From assembly GCA_964016885.1 (NCBI GenBank), contig OZ024744.1, positions 123,318,001 to 123,382,000 on the forward strand: DNA of 64,000 nt, given 5' to 3'. Under the pieces are notes generated by a model. The model was given only the letters and a program-made list of their open reading frames with translations. It made no database searches and was not told the DNA's origin. Source of the stretch: Eledone cirrhosa (Eukaryota). Positions 10,397 to 26,900 of this stretch are shown in pieces (the stretch's first letter is position 1; each line of letters starts with the position of its first letter). Both the position numbers and the translations under genes were made by a program.

Positions 10397-13056
10397 GTTA
10401 ACTCTCAACATAGAAATGTTACTAGTTAACTCGCAACATAACAGTTTTACTAGTTAACCCGCAACATAACAGTTTTGCTAGTTAACTATCAACATAACAG
10501 TCATAGTTTTACTAATTAACTCTCAACATAACAGTTTTACTAGTTAACTCTCAGCATAACAGCTTTACTAGTTAATTATACACATAACAGTTTTACTATT
10601 TAACTATCAACATAACAGATAGTTTTACTGGTTAACTCTCAACATAACAGTTTCAATAGTTAACTATCAACATAACAGTCATAATTTTACTAGGTAACTA
10701 TCAACAAAGTAGTTTTACTAGTTAACTCTCAACATAACAGTTTTACTAGTTAAGTCTCAGCATAACAGCTTTACTAGTTGATTATCAACATAACAGTTTC
10801 ACTAGTTAACTATCAACATAACAGTTTTACTAGTTAACTATCAACATAACAGTTATAGTTTTACTAGTTAACTATCAACATAACAGTTATAGTTTTACTA
10901 GTTAACTATCAACATAACAGTTTTACTAGTTAACTCTGAACATAACAGTTTTATTAGTTAACTATCAACATAACAGTTATAGTTTTAATAGTTAACTCTC
11001 AACATAACAGTTTTACTAGTTAACTCGCAACGTAACAGTTTTACTGGTTAACTCTCAACATAACAGTTTTACTAGTTAACTATCAGCATAAAAGCTTTGA
11101 TAGTTAACTATCAACATAAAAGTTTTAATAGTTAACTATCAACATAACAGTTATAGTATTACGAGTTAACTCTCAACATAGTAGTTTTACTAGTTAACTC
11201 TCTGCATAACAGCTTTACTAGCTAACTATCAACATAACAGTTTTACTATTTAACTATCAACATAACAGATAGTTTTACTGGTTAACTCTCAACATAACTA
11301 TTTGACTAGTTAACTATCAACATAAGTGTTATAGTTTTACTAGGTAACTATCAACATAGTAGTTTTACTAGTTAACTCTCAACATAACAGTTTTACTAGT
11401 TAAGTCTCAGCATAACAGCTTTACTAGATAACTATCAACATAACAGTTTTACTATTTAACTATCAACATAACATATAGTTTTACTAGTTAACTATCAGCA
11501 TAAAAGCTTTGATAGTTAACTATCAACATAAAAGTTTTAATAGTTAACTATCAACATAACAGTTATAGTATTACGAGTTAACTCTCAACATAGTAGTTTT
11601 ACTAGTTAACTCTCTGCATAACAGCTTTACTAGCTAACTATCAACATAACAGTTTTACTATTTAACTATCAACATAACAGATAGTTTTACTGGTTAACTC
11701 TCAACATAACTATTTGACTAGTTAACTATCAACATAAGTGTTATAGTTTTACTAGATAACTATCAACATAGTAGTTTTACTAGTTAACTCTCAACATAAC
11801 AGTTTTACTAGTTAACTCGCAACGTAACAGTTTTACTAGTTAACTATCAACATAATTAGTTTTACTAGCTAACTATCAACATAACAGATATAGTTTTACT
11901 AGTTAACTATCAACATAGTATTTTTTACTACGTAACACTCAACATAACAGTTTTACTAGTTAACTCTCAACATAAAAGTTTTACTATTTAACTAGCAACA
12001 TAAGAGTTTTACTAGTTAACTCGCAACATAACAGTTTTACGTGTTAACTCTCAGCATAACAGATATAGATGTACTAGTTAACTATCAACATAAAAGATAT
12101 AGTTTTACTAGCTATCAACATAAGTTATAGTTTTACTAGTTAGCAATCAACATAGCAGTTTTACTAGTTAACTATCAACATAACAGTTATGGTTTTACTA
12201 ATTACATATCAACATAACAGTTTTACTAGTTAACACACAAGATAACAGTTTTACTAGTTAACTCTCAGCATAACAGTTTTACTAGTTAACTCGTAACATA
12301 ACATTTTACTAGTTAACTATCAACATAACATATATAGTTTTACTAGTTAACTCTGCAAATAATAGTTTTACTAGTTAACTATCAACATAACAGTTATATT
12401 TTTACTAGTTAACTCTCAACATAACAGTTTTGCTAGTTAACTATCAACATAACACTTTTACTAGTTAAGTACTAACATAACAGTTATAGTTTTACTAGTT
12501 AACTATCAACATAACACTTTTACTAGTTAAGTACTAACATAACAGTTATAGTTTTACTAGTTAACTATCAACATAACAGTTTTACTAGTCAATTCTCAAC
12601 ATAACAGTTTTACTAGTTAACTCTCAGCATAAAAGTTTTACTAGTTAACTATCAACATAACAGTTTTAACAGATAACTATCAACATAACAGTTATAGTTA
12701 TACAAGTTACCTAATACCATGAGAGTTTTACTAGTTAACTATCGACATAACAGTTATAGATTTACTAGTTAACTATCAAGATAGTAGTTTTACTAGTTAA
12801 CTCTCAACATAACAATTTTACTAGTTAACTCGCAACATAACAGTTTTACTAGTTAACTCGCAGCATAACACTTTTGCTAGTTAACTATCAACATAACAGT
12901 TATAGATTTACTAATTAACTCTCAACATAACAGTATACTAGTTAACTCTCAGCATAACAGCTTTACTAGATAACTATCAACATAACAGTTTTACTATTTA
13001 ACTATCAACATAACATATAGTTTTACTGGTTAACTCTCAACATAACAGTTTTACTA
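10397..13056. repeat. HOR unit 3, mini class (2660 bp)
   Basis: Marker at 10397 and 13057. 2186+412+62=2660; near-identical to unit 2. Confidence 0.92.
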
Positions 13057-16000
13057 GTTAACTCTCAACATAGAAATGTTACTAGTTAACTCGCAACATA
13101 ACAGTTTTACTAGTTAACCCGCAACATAACAGTTTTGCTAGTTAACTATCAACATAACAGTCATAGTTTTACTAATTAACTCTCAACATAACAGTTTTAC
13201 TAGTTAACTCTCAGCATAACAGCTTTACTAGTTAATTATACACATAACAGTTTTACTATTTAACTATCAACATAACAGATAGTTTTACTGGTTAACTCTC
13301 AACATAACAGTTTCAATAGTTAACTATCAACATAACAGTCATAATTTTACTAGGTAACTATCAACAAAGTAGTTTTACTAGTTAACTCTCAACATAACAG
13401 TTTTACTAGTTAAGTCTCAGCATAACAGCTTTACTAGTTGATTATCAACATAACAGTTTCACTAGTTAACTATCAACATAACAGTTTTACTAGTTAACTA
13501 TCAACATAACAGTTATAGTTTTACTAGTTAACTATCAACATAACAGTTATAGTTTTACTAGTTAACTATCAACATAACAGTTTTACTAGTTAACTCTGAA
13601 CATAACAGTTTTATTAGTTAACTATCAACATAACAGTTATAGTTTTAATAGTTAACTCTCAACATAACAGTTTTACTAGTTAACTCGCAACGTAACAGTT
13701 TTACTGGTTAACTCTCAACATAACAGTTTTACTAGTTAACTATCAGCATAAAAGCTTTGATAGTTAACTATCAACATAAAAGTTTTAATAGTTAACTATC
13801 AACATAACAGTTATAGTATTACGAGTTAACTCTCAACATAGTAGTTTTACTAGTTAACTCTCTGCATAACAGCTTTACTAGCTAACTATCAACATAACAG
13901 TTTTACTATTTAACTATCAACATAACAGATAGTTTTACTGGTTAACTCTCAACATAACTATTTGACTAGTTAACTATCAACATAAGTGTTATAGTTTTAC
14001 TAGGTAACTATCAACATAGTAGTTTTACTAGTTAACTCTCAACATAACAGTTTTACTAGTTAACTCGCAACGTAACAGTTTTACTAGTTAACTATCAACA
14101 TAATTAGTTTTACTAGCTAACTATCAACATAACAGATATAGTTTTACTAGTTAACTATCAACATAGTATTTTTTACTACGTAACTCTCAACATAACAGTT
14201 TTACTAGTTAACTCTCAACATAAAAGTTTTACTATTTAACTAGCAACATAAGAGTTTTACTAGTTAACTCGCAACATAACAGTTTTACGTGTTAACTCTC
14301 AGCATAACAGTTATAGATGTACTAGTTAACTATCAACATAAAAGATATAGTTTTACTAGCTATCAACATAAGTTATAGTTTTACTAGTTAGCAATCAACA
14401 TAGCAGTTTTACTAGTTAACTATCAACATAACAGTTATGGTTTTACTAATTACATATCAACATAACAGTTTTACTAGTTAACACACAAGATAACAGTTTT
14501 ACTAGTTAACTCTCAGCATAACAGTTTTACTAGTTAACTCGTAACATAACATTTTACTAGTTAACTATCAACATAACATATATAGTATTACTAGTTAACT
14601 CTGCAAATAATAGTTTTACTAGTTAACTATCAACATAACAGTTATATTTTTACTAGTTAACTCTCAACATAACAGTTTTGCTAGTTAACTATCAACATAA
14701 CACTTTTACTAGTTAAGTACTAACATAACAGTTATAGTTTTACTAGTTAACTATCAACATAACAGTTTTACTAGTCAATTCTCAACATAACAGTTTTACT
14801 AGTTAACTCTCAGCATAAAAGTTTTACTAGTTAACTATCAACATAACAGTTTTAACAGATAACTATCAACATAACAGTTATAGTTATACAAGTTACCTAA
14901 TACCATGAGAGTTTTACTAGTTAACTATCGACATAACAGTTATAGATTTACTAGTTAACTATCAAGATAGTAGTTTTACTAGTTAACTCTCAACATAACA
15001 ATTTTACTAGTTAACTCGCAACATAACAGTTTTACTAGTTAACTCGCAGCATAACACTTTTGCTAGTTAACTATCAACATAACAGTTATAGATTTACTAA
15101 TTAACTCTCAACATAACAGTATACTAGTTAACTCTCAGCATAACAGCTTTACTAGATAACTATCAACATAACAGTTTTACTATTTAACTATCAACATAAC
15201 AGATAGTTTTACTGGTTAACTCTCAACATAACAGTTTTACTAGTTAACTCTCAACATAGAAATGTTACTAGTTAACCCGCAACATAACAGTTTTGCTAGT
15301 TAACTATCAACATAACAGTCATAGTTTTACTAATTAACTCTCAACATAACAGTTTTACTAGTTAACTCTCAGCATAACAGCTCTACTAGTTAATTATACA
15401 CATAACAGTTTTACTATTTAACTATCAACATAACAGATAGTTTTACTGGTTAACTCTCAACATAACTATTTGACTAGTTAACTATCAACATAAGTGTTAT
15501 AGTTTTACTAGGTAACTATCAACATAGTAGTTTTACTAGTTAACTCTCAACATAACAGTTTTACTAGTTAACTCGCAACGTAACAGTTTTACTAGTTAAC
15601 TCTCAACATAACAGTTTTACTAGTTAACTCTCAGCATAAAACTTTTGCTAGTTAACTATCAATATAACAGTTTTACTAGTTAACTATAAACATAACATTT
15701 ATAGTTTTACTAGTTAACTATCAACATAACAGTTATAGTTTTACTAGTTAACTCTCAACATAAAAGTTATACTAGTTAACTCTCAATATTAGTTTTACTA
15801 GTTAACTCACAACATAACAATTTTAGAAGTTAACTCTCAGCGTATCAATTTTGCTAGTTAACTATCAACATAATAGTTGTACTAGTTAACTATCAACATA
15901 ACAGTTATAGTTTTAGTAGTTAATTATCAACATAACAGTTTTACTAGTTAACTCACAAAATAACAGTTTTACTAGTTAACTATCAGCATAACAGTTTTAC

Positions 16001-19000
16001 TAGTTAACTATCAACATAACAATTTTACTAGTTAACTCTCAACATAACAGTTTTACTAGTTACCTCTCAGCATAACAGTTTTGCTAGTTAACTATCAACA
16101 TAACAGTTATAGATTTACTGGTTAACTATCAACATAACAGTTTTACTAGTTAACTATCAACATAACAGTTATAGGTTTACTAGTTACATATCAACATAAC
16201 AGTTTTACTAGTTAACTCTCAACATAACAGTTTTACTAGTTAACTGTCAGCATAAAACTTTTGCTAGTTAACTATCAATATAACAGTTTTACTAGTTAAT
16301 TATACACATAACATTTATAGTTTTACTAGTTAACTATCAACATAACAGTTATAGTTTTACTAGTTAACTCTCAACATAAAAGTTATACTAGTTAACTCTC
16401 AATATTAGTTTTACTAGTTAACACACAACATAACAATTTTAGAAGTTAACTCTCAGCGTATCAATTTTGCTAGTTAACTATCAACATAATAGTTGTACTA
16501 GTTAACTATCAACATAACAGTTATAGTTTTACTAGTTAATTATCAACATAACAGTTTTACTAGTTAACCCACAATATAACAGTTTTACTAGTTAACTATC
16601 AGCATAACAGTTTTACTAGTTAACTATCAACATAACAATTTTACTAGTTAACTCTCAACATAACAGTTTTACTAGTTACCTCTCAGCATAACAGTTTTGC
16701 TAGTTAAATATCAACATAACAGTTATAGATTTACTAGTTAACTATCAACATAACAGTTTTACTAGTTAACTCACAATATAACAGTTTTACTAGTTAACTC
16801 ACCACATAAAGGTTTTACTAGTTAACTATCAACATAAAAGATAGTTTTACTAGCTAACTATCAACATAACAGTTATAGTTTTACTAGTTAGCAATCAACA
16901 TAGCAGTTTTACTAGTTAACTATCAACATAACAGTTATAGGTTTACTAGTTACATATCAACATAACAGTTTTATTAGTTAAATCTCAACATAAGTTTTAC
17001 TAGTTAACTCTCAAGATAACAGTTTTACTAGTTAACTAGTAACATAACATTTTACTAGTTAACTATCAACATAACAGATATAGTTTTACTAATTAACTCT
17101 GAACATAACAGTTTTACTAGTTAACTATCAACATAACAGTTATAGTTTTACTAGTTAACTCTCAACATAATAGTTTTACTAGTTAACTGGCAACATAACA
17201 GTTTTACTAGTTAAATCTCAACATAACAGTTTTGCTAGTTAACTCTCATGATAACAGTTTTGCTATTTAACTTTCAACATAACAGTTTTACTAGTTAACT
17301 CTCAACATAACAGTTTTACTAGTTAATTCTCAGCATAACAGTTTTGCCAGTTAACTATCAACATAAAAGTTATAGTTTTACTAGTTAACTATACACATAA
17401 CAGTTTTACTAGTTAACTCACAATATAACAGTTTTGCTAGTTAACTATCAACATAACAGTTTTACGAGTTAAATATCAACATAATTAGTTTTACTAGTTA
17501 ACTATCAACATAACAGATATAGTTTTACTAGCTAATTATCAACATAACAGTTATAGTTTTACTAGTTAACTATCAACATAGTATTTTTTTACTACCTAAC
17601 TCTCAACATAACAGTTTTATTAGTTAACTCTCAACATAAAAGTTTTACTATTTAACTCGCAACATAAGAGTTTTCCTAGTTAACTCGCAACAACAGTTTT
17701 ACGACTTAACTCTCAGCATAAAGTTTTACTAGTTAACTATCAACATAACAGTTTTACTAGTTAACTATCAACATAACAGCTATAGATTTACTAGTTAACT
17801 ATCAACATAACAGTTTTACTAGTTAACTCACAATATAACAGTTTTACTAGTTAACTCTCAGCATAAAGGTTTTACTAGTTAACTATCAACATAACAATTT
17901 TATAGTTAACTCTCAGCATAACAGTTTTGTTAGTTAACTATCACCATGAGAGTTTTACTAGTTAACTATCAACATAAAAGATATAGTTTTACTAGCTATC
18001 AACATAACAGTTATAGTTTTACTAGTTAGCAATCAACATAGCAGTTTTACCAGTTAACTATCAACATAACGGTTATAGTTTTACTAGTTACATAGCAGAA
18101 CAGTTTTATTAGTTAACTCTCAACATAACAGTTTTACTAGTTACCTCTCAAGATAACAGTTTTACTAGTTAACTCTCAGCATAACAGTTTTACTAGTTAA
18201 CTATCAACATAACAGTTTTATTAGTTAACTCGTAACATAACATTTTACTAGTTAACTATCAACATAACAGATATAGAATTACTAGTTAACTCTGAACATA
18301 ACAGTTTTACTAGTTAACTATCAACATAACAGTTAGTTTTACTAGTTAACTCTCAACATAATAGTTTTACTAGTTAACTCGCAACATAACAGTTTTACTA
18401 GTTAACTCTCAACATAACAGTTTTACTAGTTAACTCTCAAAATAACAGTTTTGCTATTTAACTTTCAACATAACAGTTTTACTAGTTAACTATCAACATA
18501 ACAGTTTTACTAGTTAACTATCAACATAACAGTTATGGTTTTACTAATTACATATCAACATAACAGTTTTACTAGTTAACTATCAACATAACAGTTATGG
18601 TTTTACTAATTACATATCAACATAACAGTTTTACTAGTTAACTCACCACATAAAGGTTTTACTAGTTAACTATCAACATAAAAGATAGTTTTACTAGCTA
18701 ACTATCAACATAACAGTTATAGTTTTACTAGTTAGCAATCAACATAGCAGTTTTACTAGTTAACTATCAACATAACAGTTATAGGTTTACTAGTTACATA
18801 TCAACATAACAGTTTTATTAGTTAACTCTCAACATAAGTTTTACTAGTTAACTCTCAAGATAACAGTTTTACTAGTTAACTAGTAACATAACATTTTACT
18901 AGTTAACTATCAACATAACAGATATAGTTTTACTAATTAACTCTGAACATAACAGTTTTACTAGTTAACTATCAACATAACAGTTATAGTTTTACTAGTT

Positions 19001-20951
19001 AACTCTCAACATAATAGTTTTACTAGTTAACTGGCAACATAACAGTTTTACTAGTTAAATCTCAACATAACAGTTTTACTAGTTAACTCTCATGATAACA
19101 GTTTTGCTATTTAACTTTCAACATAACAGTTTTACTAGTTAACTATCAACATAACAGTTTTACTAGTTAACTATCAGCATAACAGATATAGTTTTACTAG
19201 TTTAACTCTCAACATAAGAGTTTTACTAGTTAACTATCAACATAACAGTTATAGTTTTACTAGTTAACTCTCAACATAATAGTTTTACTAGTTAACTCAC
19301 AACATAAAAGTTATACTAGTTAACTCTCAAGATAATAATTTTACTAGTTAACTCACAACATAACACTTTTACTAGTTAACTCTCAGCATAACAGTTTTGC
19401 TATTTAACTATCAACATAACAGTTTTACTAGTTAAGTACTAACATAACAGTTATAGTTTTACTAATTAACTATCAACATAACAGTTTTACTAGTTAACTC
19501 ACAACATAACAGCTTTACTAGTTAACTCTCAACATAAAAGTTTTACTAGTTAATTCTCAGCATAAAGGTTTTACTAGTTAACTCTCAGCTAGTTAACTCT
19601 TTGTTAGTTAACTATCTTTACTAGTTAACTCTTTGTTAGTTAACTATCAACATGAGAGTTTTACTAGTTAACTATCAACATAAAAGATATAGTTTTACTA
19701 GCTATCAACATAACAGTTATAGTTTTACTAGTTATCAATCAACATAGCAGTTTTACCAGTTAACTATCAACATAACGGTTATAGTTTTACTAGTTACATA
19801 GCAGAACAGTTTTATTAGTTAACTCTCAACATAACAATTTTACTAGTTACCTCTCAAGATAACAGTTTTACTAGTTAACTCTCAGCATAACAGTTTTACT
19901 AGTTAACTATCAACATAACAGTTTTACTAGTTAACTATCAACATAACAGTTAGTTTTACTAGTTAACTCTCAACATAATAGTTTTACTAGTTAACTCGCA
20001 ACATAACAGTTTTACGAGTTAACTCTCAACATAATAGTTTTACTAGTTAACTCGCAACATAACAGTTTTACTAGTTAACTCTCAACATAACAGTTGTACT
20101 AGTTAACTCTCAAAATAACAGTTTTGCTATTTAACTTTCAACATAACAGTTTTACTAGTTAACTATCAACATAACAGTTTTACTAGATAACTATCAACAT
20201 AACAGTTTTACTAGTTAACTCTCAGCATAACAGTTTTACTAGTTAACTCGTAACATAACATTTTACTAGTTAACTATCAACATAACATATATAGCTTTAC
20301 TAGTTAACTCTGCAAATAATAGTTTTACTAATTAACTATCAACATAACAGTTATAGTTTTACTAGTTAACTCTCAACATAACAGTTTTGCTAGTTAACTA
20401 TCAACATAACACTTTTACTAGTTAAGTACTAACATAACAGTTATAGTTTTACTAGTTAACTATCAACATAACAGTTTTACTAGTCAACTCTCAACATAAC
20501 AGTTTTACTAGTTAACTCTCAGCATAAAAGTTTTACTAGTTAACTATCAACATAACAGTTTTAACAGATAACTATCAACATAACAGTTATAGTTATACAA
20601 GTTACCTAATACCATGAGAGTTTTACTAGTTAACTATCGACATAACAGTTATAGATTTACTAGTTAACTATCAAGATAGTAGTTTTACTAGTTAACTCTC
20701 AACATAACAATTTTACTAGTTAACTCGCAACATAACAGTTTTACTAGTTAACTCGCAGCATAACACTTTTGCTAGTTAACTATCAACATAACAGTTATAG
20801 ATTTACTAATTAACTCTCAACATAACAGTATACTAGTTAACTCTCAGCATAACAGCTTTACTAGATAACTATCAACATAACAGTTTTACTATTTAACTAT
20901 CAACATAACATATAGTTTTACTGGTTAACTCTCAACATAACAGTTTTACTA
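13057..20951. repeat. HOR unit 4, long class (7895 bp)
   Basis: Marker at 13057 and 20952. Truncated-monomer block at 19577; duplicated TTATGG...TTACATATC dimer near 18510-18635. Confidence 0.93.
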
Positions 20952-23900
20952 GTTAACTCTCAACATAGAAATGTTACTAGTTAACTCGCAACATAACAGT
21001 TTTACTAGTTAACCCGCAACATAACAGTTTTGCTAGTTAACTATCAACATAACAGTCATAGTTTTACTAATTAACTCTCAACATAACAGTTTTACTAGTT
21101 AACTCTCAGCATAACAGCTTTACTAGTTAATTATACACATAACAGTTTTACTATTTAACTATCAACATAACAGATAGTTTTACTGGTTAACTCTCAACAT
21201 AACAGTTTCAATAGTTAACTATCAACATAACAGTCATAATTTTACTAGGTAACTATCAACAAAGTAGTTTTACTAGTTAACTCTCAACATAACAGTTTTA
21301 CTAGTTAAGTCTCAGCATAACAGCTTTACTAGTTGATTATCAACATAACAGTTTCACTAGTTAACTATCAACATAACAGTTTTACTAGTTAACTATCAAC
21401 ATAACAGTTATAGTTTTACTAGTTAACTATCAACATAACAGTTATAGTTTTACTAGTTAACTATCAACATAACAGTTTTACTAGTTAACTCTGAACATAA
21501 CAGTTTTATTAGTTAACTATCAACATAACAGTTATAGTTTTAATAGTTAACTCTCAACATAACAGTTTTACTAGTTAACTCGCAACGTAACAGTTTTACT
21601 GGTTAACTCTCAACATAACAGTTTTACTAGTTAACTATCAGCATAAAAGCTTTGATAGTTAACTATCAACATAAAAGTTTTAATAGTTAACTATCAACAT
21701 AACAGTTATAGTATTACGAGTTAACTCTCAACATAGTAGTTTTACTAGTTAACTCTCTGCATAACAGCTTTACTAGCTAACTATCAACATAACAGTTTTA
21801 CTATTTAACTATCAACATAACAGATAGTTTTACTGGTTAACTCTCAACATAACTATTTGACTAGTTAACTATCAACATAAGTGTTATAGTTTTACTAGGT
21901 AACTATCAACATAGTAGTTTTACTAGTTAACTCTCAACATAACAGTTTTACTAGTTAACTCGCAACGTAACAGTTTTACTAGTTAACTATCAACATAATT
22001 AGTTTTACTAGCTAACTATCAACATAACAGATATAGTTTTACTAGTTAACTATCAACATAGTATTTTTTACTACGTAACTCTCAACATAACAGTTTTACT
22101 AGTTAACTCTCAACATAAAAGTTTTACTATTTAACTAGCAACATAAGAGTTTTACTAGTTAACTCGCAACATAACAGTTTTACGTGTTAACTCTCAGCAT
22201 AACAGTTATAGATGTACTAGTTAACTATCAACATAAAAGATATAGTTTTACTAGCTATCAACATAAGTTATAGTTTTACTAGTTAGCAATCAACATAGCA
22301 GTTTTACTAGTTAACTATCAACATAACAGTTATGGTTTTACTAATTACATATCAACATAACAGTTTTACTAGTTAACACACAAGATAACAGTTTTACTAG
22401 TTAACTCTCAGCATAACAGTTTTACTAGTTAACTCGTAACATAACATTTTACTAGTTAACTATCAACATAACATATATAGTATTACTAGTTAACTCTGCA
22501 AATAATAGTTTTACTAGTTAACTATCAACATAACAGTTATATTTTTACTAGTTAACTCTCAACATAACAGTTTTGCTAGTTAACTATCAACATAACACTT
22601 TTACTAGTTAAGTACTAACATAACAGTTATAGTTTTACTAGTTAACTATCAACATAACAGTTTTACTAGTCAATTCTCAACATAACAGTTTTACTAGTTA
22701 ACTCTCAGCATAAAAGTTTTACTAGTTAACTATCAACATAACAGTTTTAACAGATAACTATCAACATAACAGTTATAGTTATACAAGTTACCTAATACCA
22801 TGAGAGTTTTACTAGTTAACTATCGACATAACAGTTATAGATTTACTAGTTAACTATCAAGATAGTAGTTTTACTAGTTAACTCTCAACATAACAATTTT
22901 ACTAGTTAACTCGCAACATAACAGTTTTACTAGTTAACTCGCAGCATAACACTTTTGCTAGTTAACTATCAACATAACAGTTATAGATTTACTAATTAAC
23001 TCTCAACATAACAGTATACTAGTTAACTCTCAGCATAACAGCTTTACTAGATAACTATCAACATAACAGTTTTACTATTTAACTATCAACATAACAGATA
23101 GTTTTACTGGTTAACTCTCAACATAACAGTTTTACTAGTTAACTCTCAACATAGAAATGTTACTAGTTAACCCGCAACATAACAGTTTTGCTAGTTAACT
23201 ATCAACATAACAGTCATAGTTTTACTAATTAACTCTCAACATAACAGTTTTACTAGTTAACTCTCAGCATAACAGCTCTACTAGTTAATTATACACATAA
23301 CAGTTTTACTATTTAACTATCAACATAACAGATAGTTTTACTGGTTAACTCTCAACATAACTATTTGACTAGTTAACTATCAACATAAGTGTTATAGTTT
23401 TACTAGGTAACTATCAACATAGTAGTTTTACTAGTTAACTCTCAACATAACAGTTTTACTAGTTAACTCGCAACGTAACAGTTTTACTAGTTAACTCTCA
23501 ACATAACAGTTTTACTAGTTAACTCTCAGCATAAAACTTTTGCTAGTTAACTATCAATATAACAGTTTTACTAGTTAACTATAAACATAACATTTATAGT
23601 TTTACTAGTTAACTATCAACATAACAGTTATAGTTTTACTAGTTAACTCTCAACATAAAAGTTATACTAGTTAACTCTCAATATTAGTTTTACTAGTTAA
23701 CTCACAACATAACAATTTTAGAAGTTAACTCTCAGCGTATCAATTTTGCTAGTTAACTATCAACATAATAGTTGTACTAGTTAACTATCAACATAACAGT
23801 TATAGTTTTAGTAGTTAATTATCAACATAACAGTTTTACTAGTTAACTCACAAAATAACAGTTTTACTAGTTAACTATCAGCATAACAGTTTTACTAGTT

Positions 23901-26900
23901 AACTATCAACATAACAATTTTACTAGTTAACTCTCAACATAACAGTTTTACTAGTTACCTCTCAGCATAACAGTTTTGCTAGTTAACTATCAACATAACA
24001 GTTATAGATTTACTGGTTAACTATCAACATAACAGTTTTACTAGTTAACTATCAACATAACAGTTATAGGTTTACTAGTTACATATCAACATAACAGTTT
24101 TACTAGTTAACTCTCAACATAACAGTTTTACTAGTTAACTGTCAGCATAAAACTTTTGCTAGTTAACTATCAATATAACAGTTTTACTAGTTAATTATAC
24201 ACATAACATTTATAGTTTTACTAGTTAACTATCAACATAACAGTTATAGTTTTACTAGTTAACTCTCAACATAAAAGTTATACTAGTTAACTCTCAATAT
24301 TAGTTTTACTAGTTAACACACAACATAACAATTTTAGAAGTTAACTCTCAGCGTATCAATTTTGCTAGTTAACTATCAACATAATAGTTGTACTAGTTAA
24401 CTATCAACATAACAGTTATAGTTTTACTAGTTAATTATCAACATAACAGTTTTACTAGTTAACCCACAATATAACAGTTTTACTAGTTAACTATCAGCAT
24501 AACAGTTTTACTAGTTAACTATCAACATAACAATTTTACTAGTTAACTCTCAACATAACAGTTTTACTAGTTACCTCTCAGCATAACAGTTTTGCTAGTT
24601 AAATATCAACATAACAGTTATAGATTTACTAGTTAACTATCAACATAACAGTTTTACTAGTTAACTCACAATATAACAGTTTTACTAGTTAACTCACCAC
24701 ATAAAGGTTTTACTAGTTAACTATCAACATAAAAGATAGTTTTACTAGCTAACTATCAACATAACAGTTATAGTTTTACTAGTTAGCAATCAACATAGCA
24801 GTTTTACTAGTTAACTATCAACATAACAGTTATAGGTTTACTAGTTACATATCAACATAACAGTTTTATTAGTTAAATCTCAACATAAGTTTTACTAGTT
24901 AACTCTCAAGATAACAGTTTTACTAGTTAACTAGTAACATAACATTTTACTAGTTAACTATCAACATAACAGATATAGTTTTACTAATTAACTCTGAACA
25001 TAACAGTTTTACTAGTTAACTATCAACATAACAGTTATAGTTTTACTAGTTAACTCTCAACATAATAGTTTTACTAGTTAACTGGCAACATAACAGTTTT
25101 ACTAGTTAAATCTCAACATAACAGTTTTGCTAGTTAACTCTCATGATAACAGTTTTGCTATTTAACTTTCAACATAACAGTTTTACTAGTTAACTCTCAA
25201 CATAACAGTTTTACTAGTTAATTCTCAGCATAACAGTTTTGCCAGTTAACTATCAACATAAAAGTTATAGTTTTACTAGTTAACTATACACATAACAGTT
25301 TTACTAGTTAACTCACAATATAACAGTTTTGCTAGTTAACTATCAACATAACAGTTTTACGAGTTAAATATCAACATAATTAGTTTTACTAGTTAACTAT
25401 CAACATAACAGATATAGTTTTACTAGCTAATTATCAACATAACAGTTATAGTTTTACTAGTTAACTATCAACATAGTATTTTTTTACTACCTAACTCTCA
25501 ACATAACAGTTTTATTAGTTAACTCTCAACATAAAAGTTTTACTATTTAACTCGCAACATAAGAGTTTTCCTAGTTAACTCGCAACAACAGTTTTACGAC
25601 TTAACTCTCAGCATAAAGTTTTACTAGTTAACTATCAACATAACAGTTTTACTAGTTAACTATCAACATAACAGCTATAGATTTACTAGTTAACTATCAA
25701 CATAACAGTTTTACTAGTTAACTCACAATATAACAGTTTTACTAGTTAACTCTCAGCATAAAGGTTTTACTAGTTAACTATCAACATAACAATTTTATAG
25801 TTAACTCTCAGCATAACAGTTTTGTTAGTTAACTATCACCATGAGAGTTTTACTAGTTAACTATCAACATAAAAGATATAGTTTTACTAGCTATCAACAT
25901 AACAGTTATAGTTTTACTAGTTAGCAATCAACATAGCAGTTTTACCAGTTAACTATCAACATAACGGTTATAGTTTTACTAGTTACATAGCAGAACAGTT
26001 TTATTAGTTAACTCTCAACATAACAGTTTTACTAGTTACCTCTCAAGATAACAGTTTTACTAGTTAACTCTCAGCATAACAGTTTTACTAGTTAACTATC
26101 AACATAACAGTTTTATTAGTTAACTCGTAACATAACATTTTACTAGTTAACTATCAACATAACAGATATAGAATTACTAGTTAACTCTGAACATAACAGT
26201 TTTACTAGTTAACTATCAACATAACAGTTAGTTTTACTAGTTAACTCTCAACATAATAGTTTTACTAGTTAACTCGCAACATAACAGTTTTACTAGTTAA
26301 CTCTCAACATAACAGTTTTACTAGTTAACTCTCAAAATAACAGTTTTGCTATTTAACTTTCAACATAACAGTTTTACTAGTTAACTATCAACATAACAGT
26401 TTTACTAGTTAACTATCAACATAACAGTTATGGTTTTACTAATTACATATCAACATAACAGTTTTACTAGTTAACTATCAACATAACAGTTATGGTTTTA
26501 CTAATTACATATCAACATAACAGTTTTACTAGTTAACTCACCACATAAAGGTTTTACTAGTTAACTATCAACATAAAAGATAGTTTTACTAGCTAACTAT
26601 CAACATAACAGTTATAGTTTTACTAGTTAGCAATCAACATAGCAGTTTTACTAGTTAACTATCAACATAACAGTTATAGGTTTACTAGTTACATATCAAC
26701 ATAACAGTTTTATTAGTTAACTCTCAACATAAGTTTTACTAGTTAACTCTCAAGATAACAGTTTTACTAGTTAACTAGTAACATAACATTTTACTAGTTA
26801 ACTATCAACATAACAGATATAGTTTTACTAATTAACTCTGAACATAACAGTTTTACTAGTTAACTATCAACATAACAGTTATAGTTTTACTAGTTAACTC

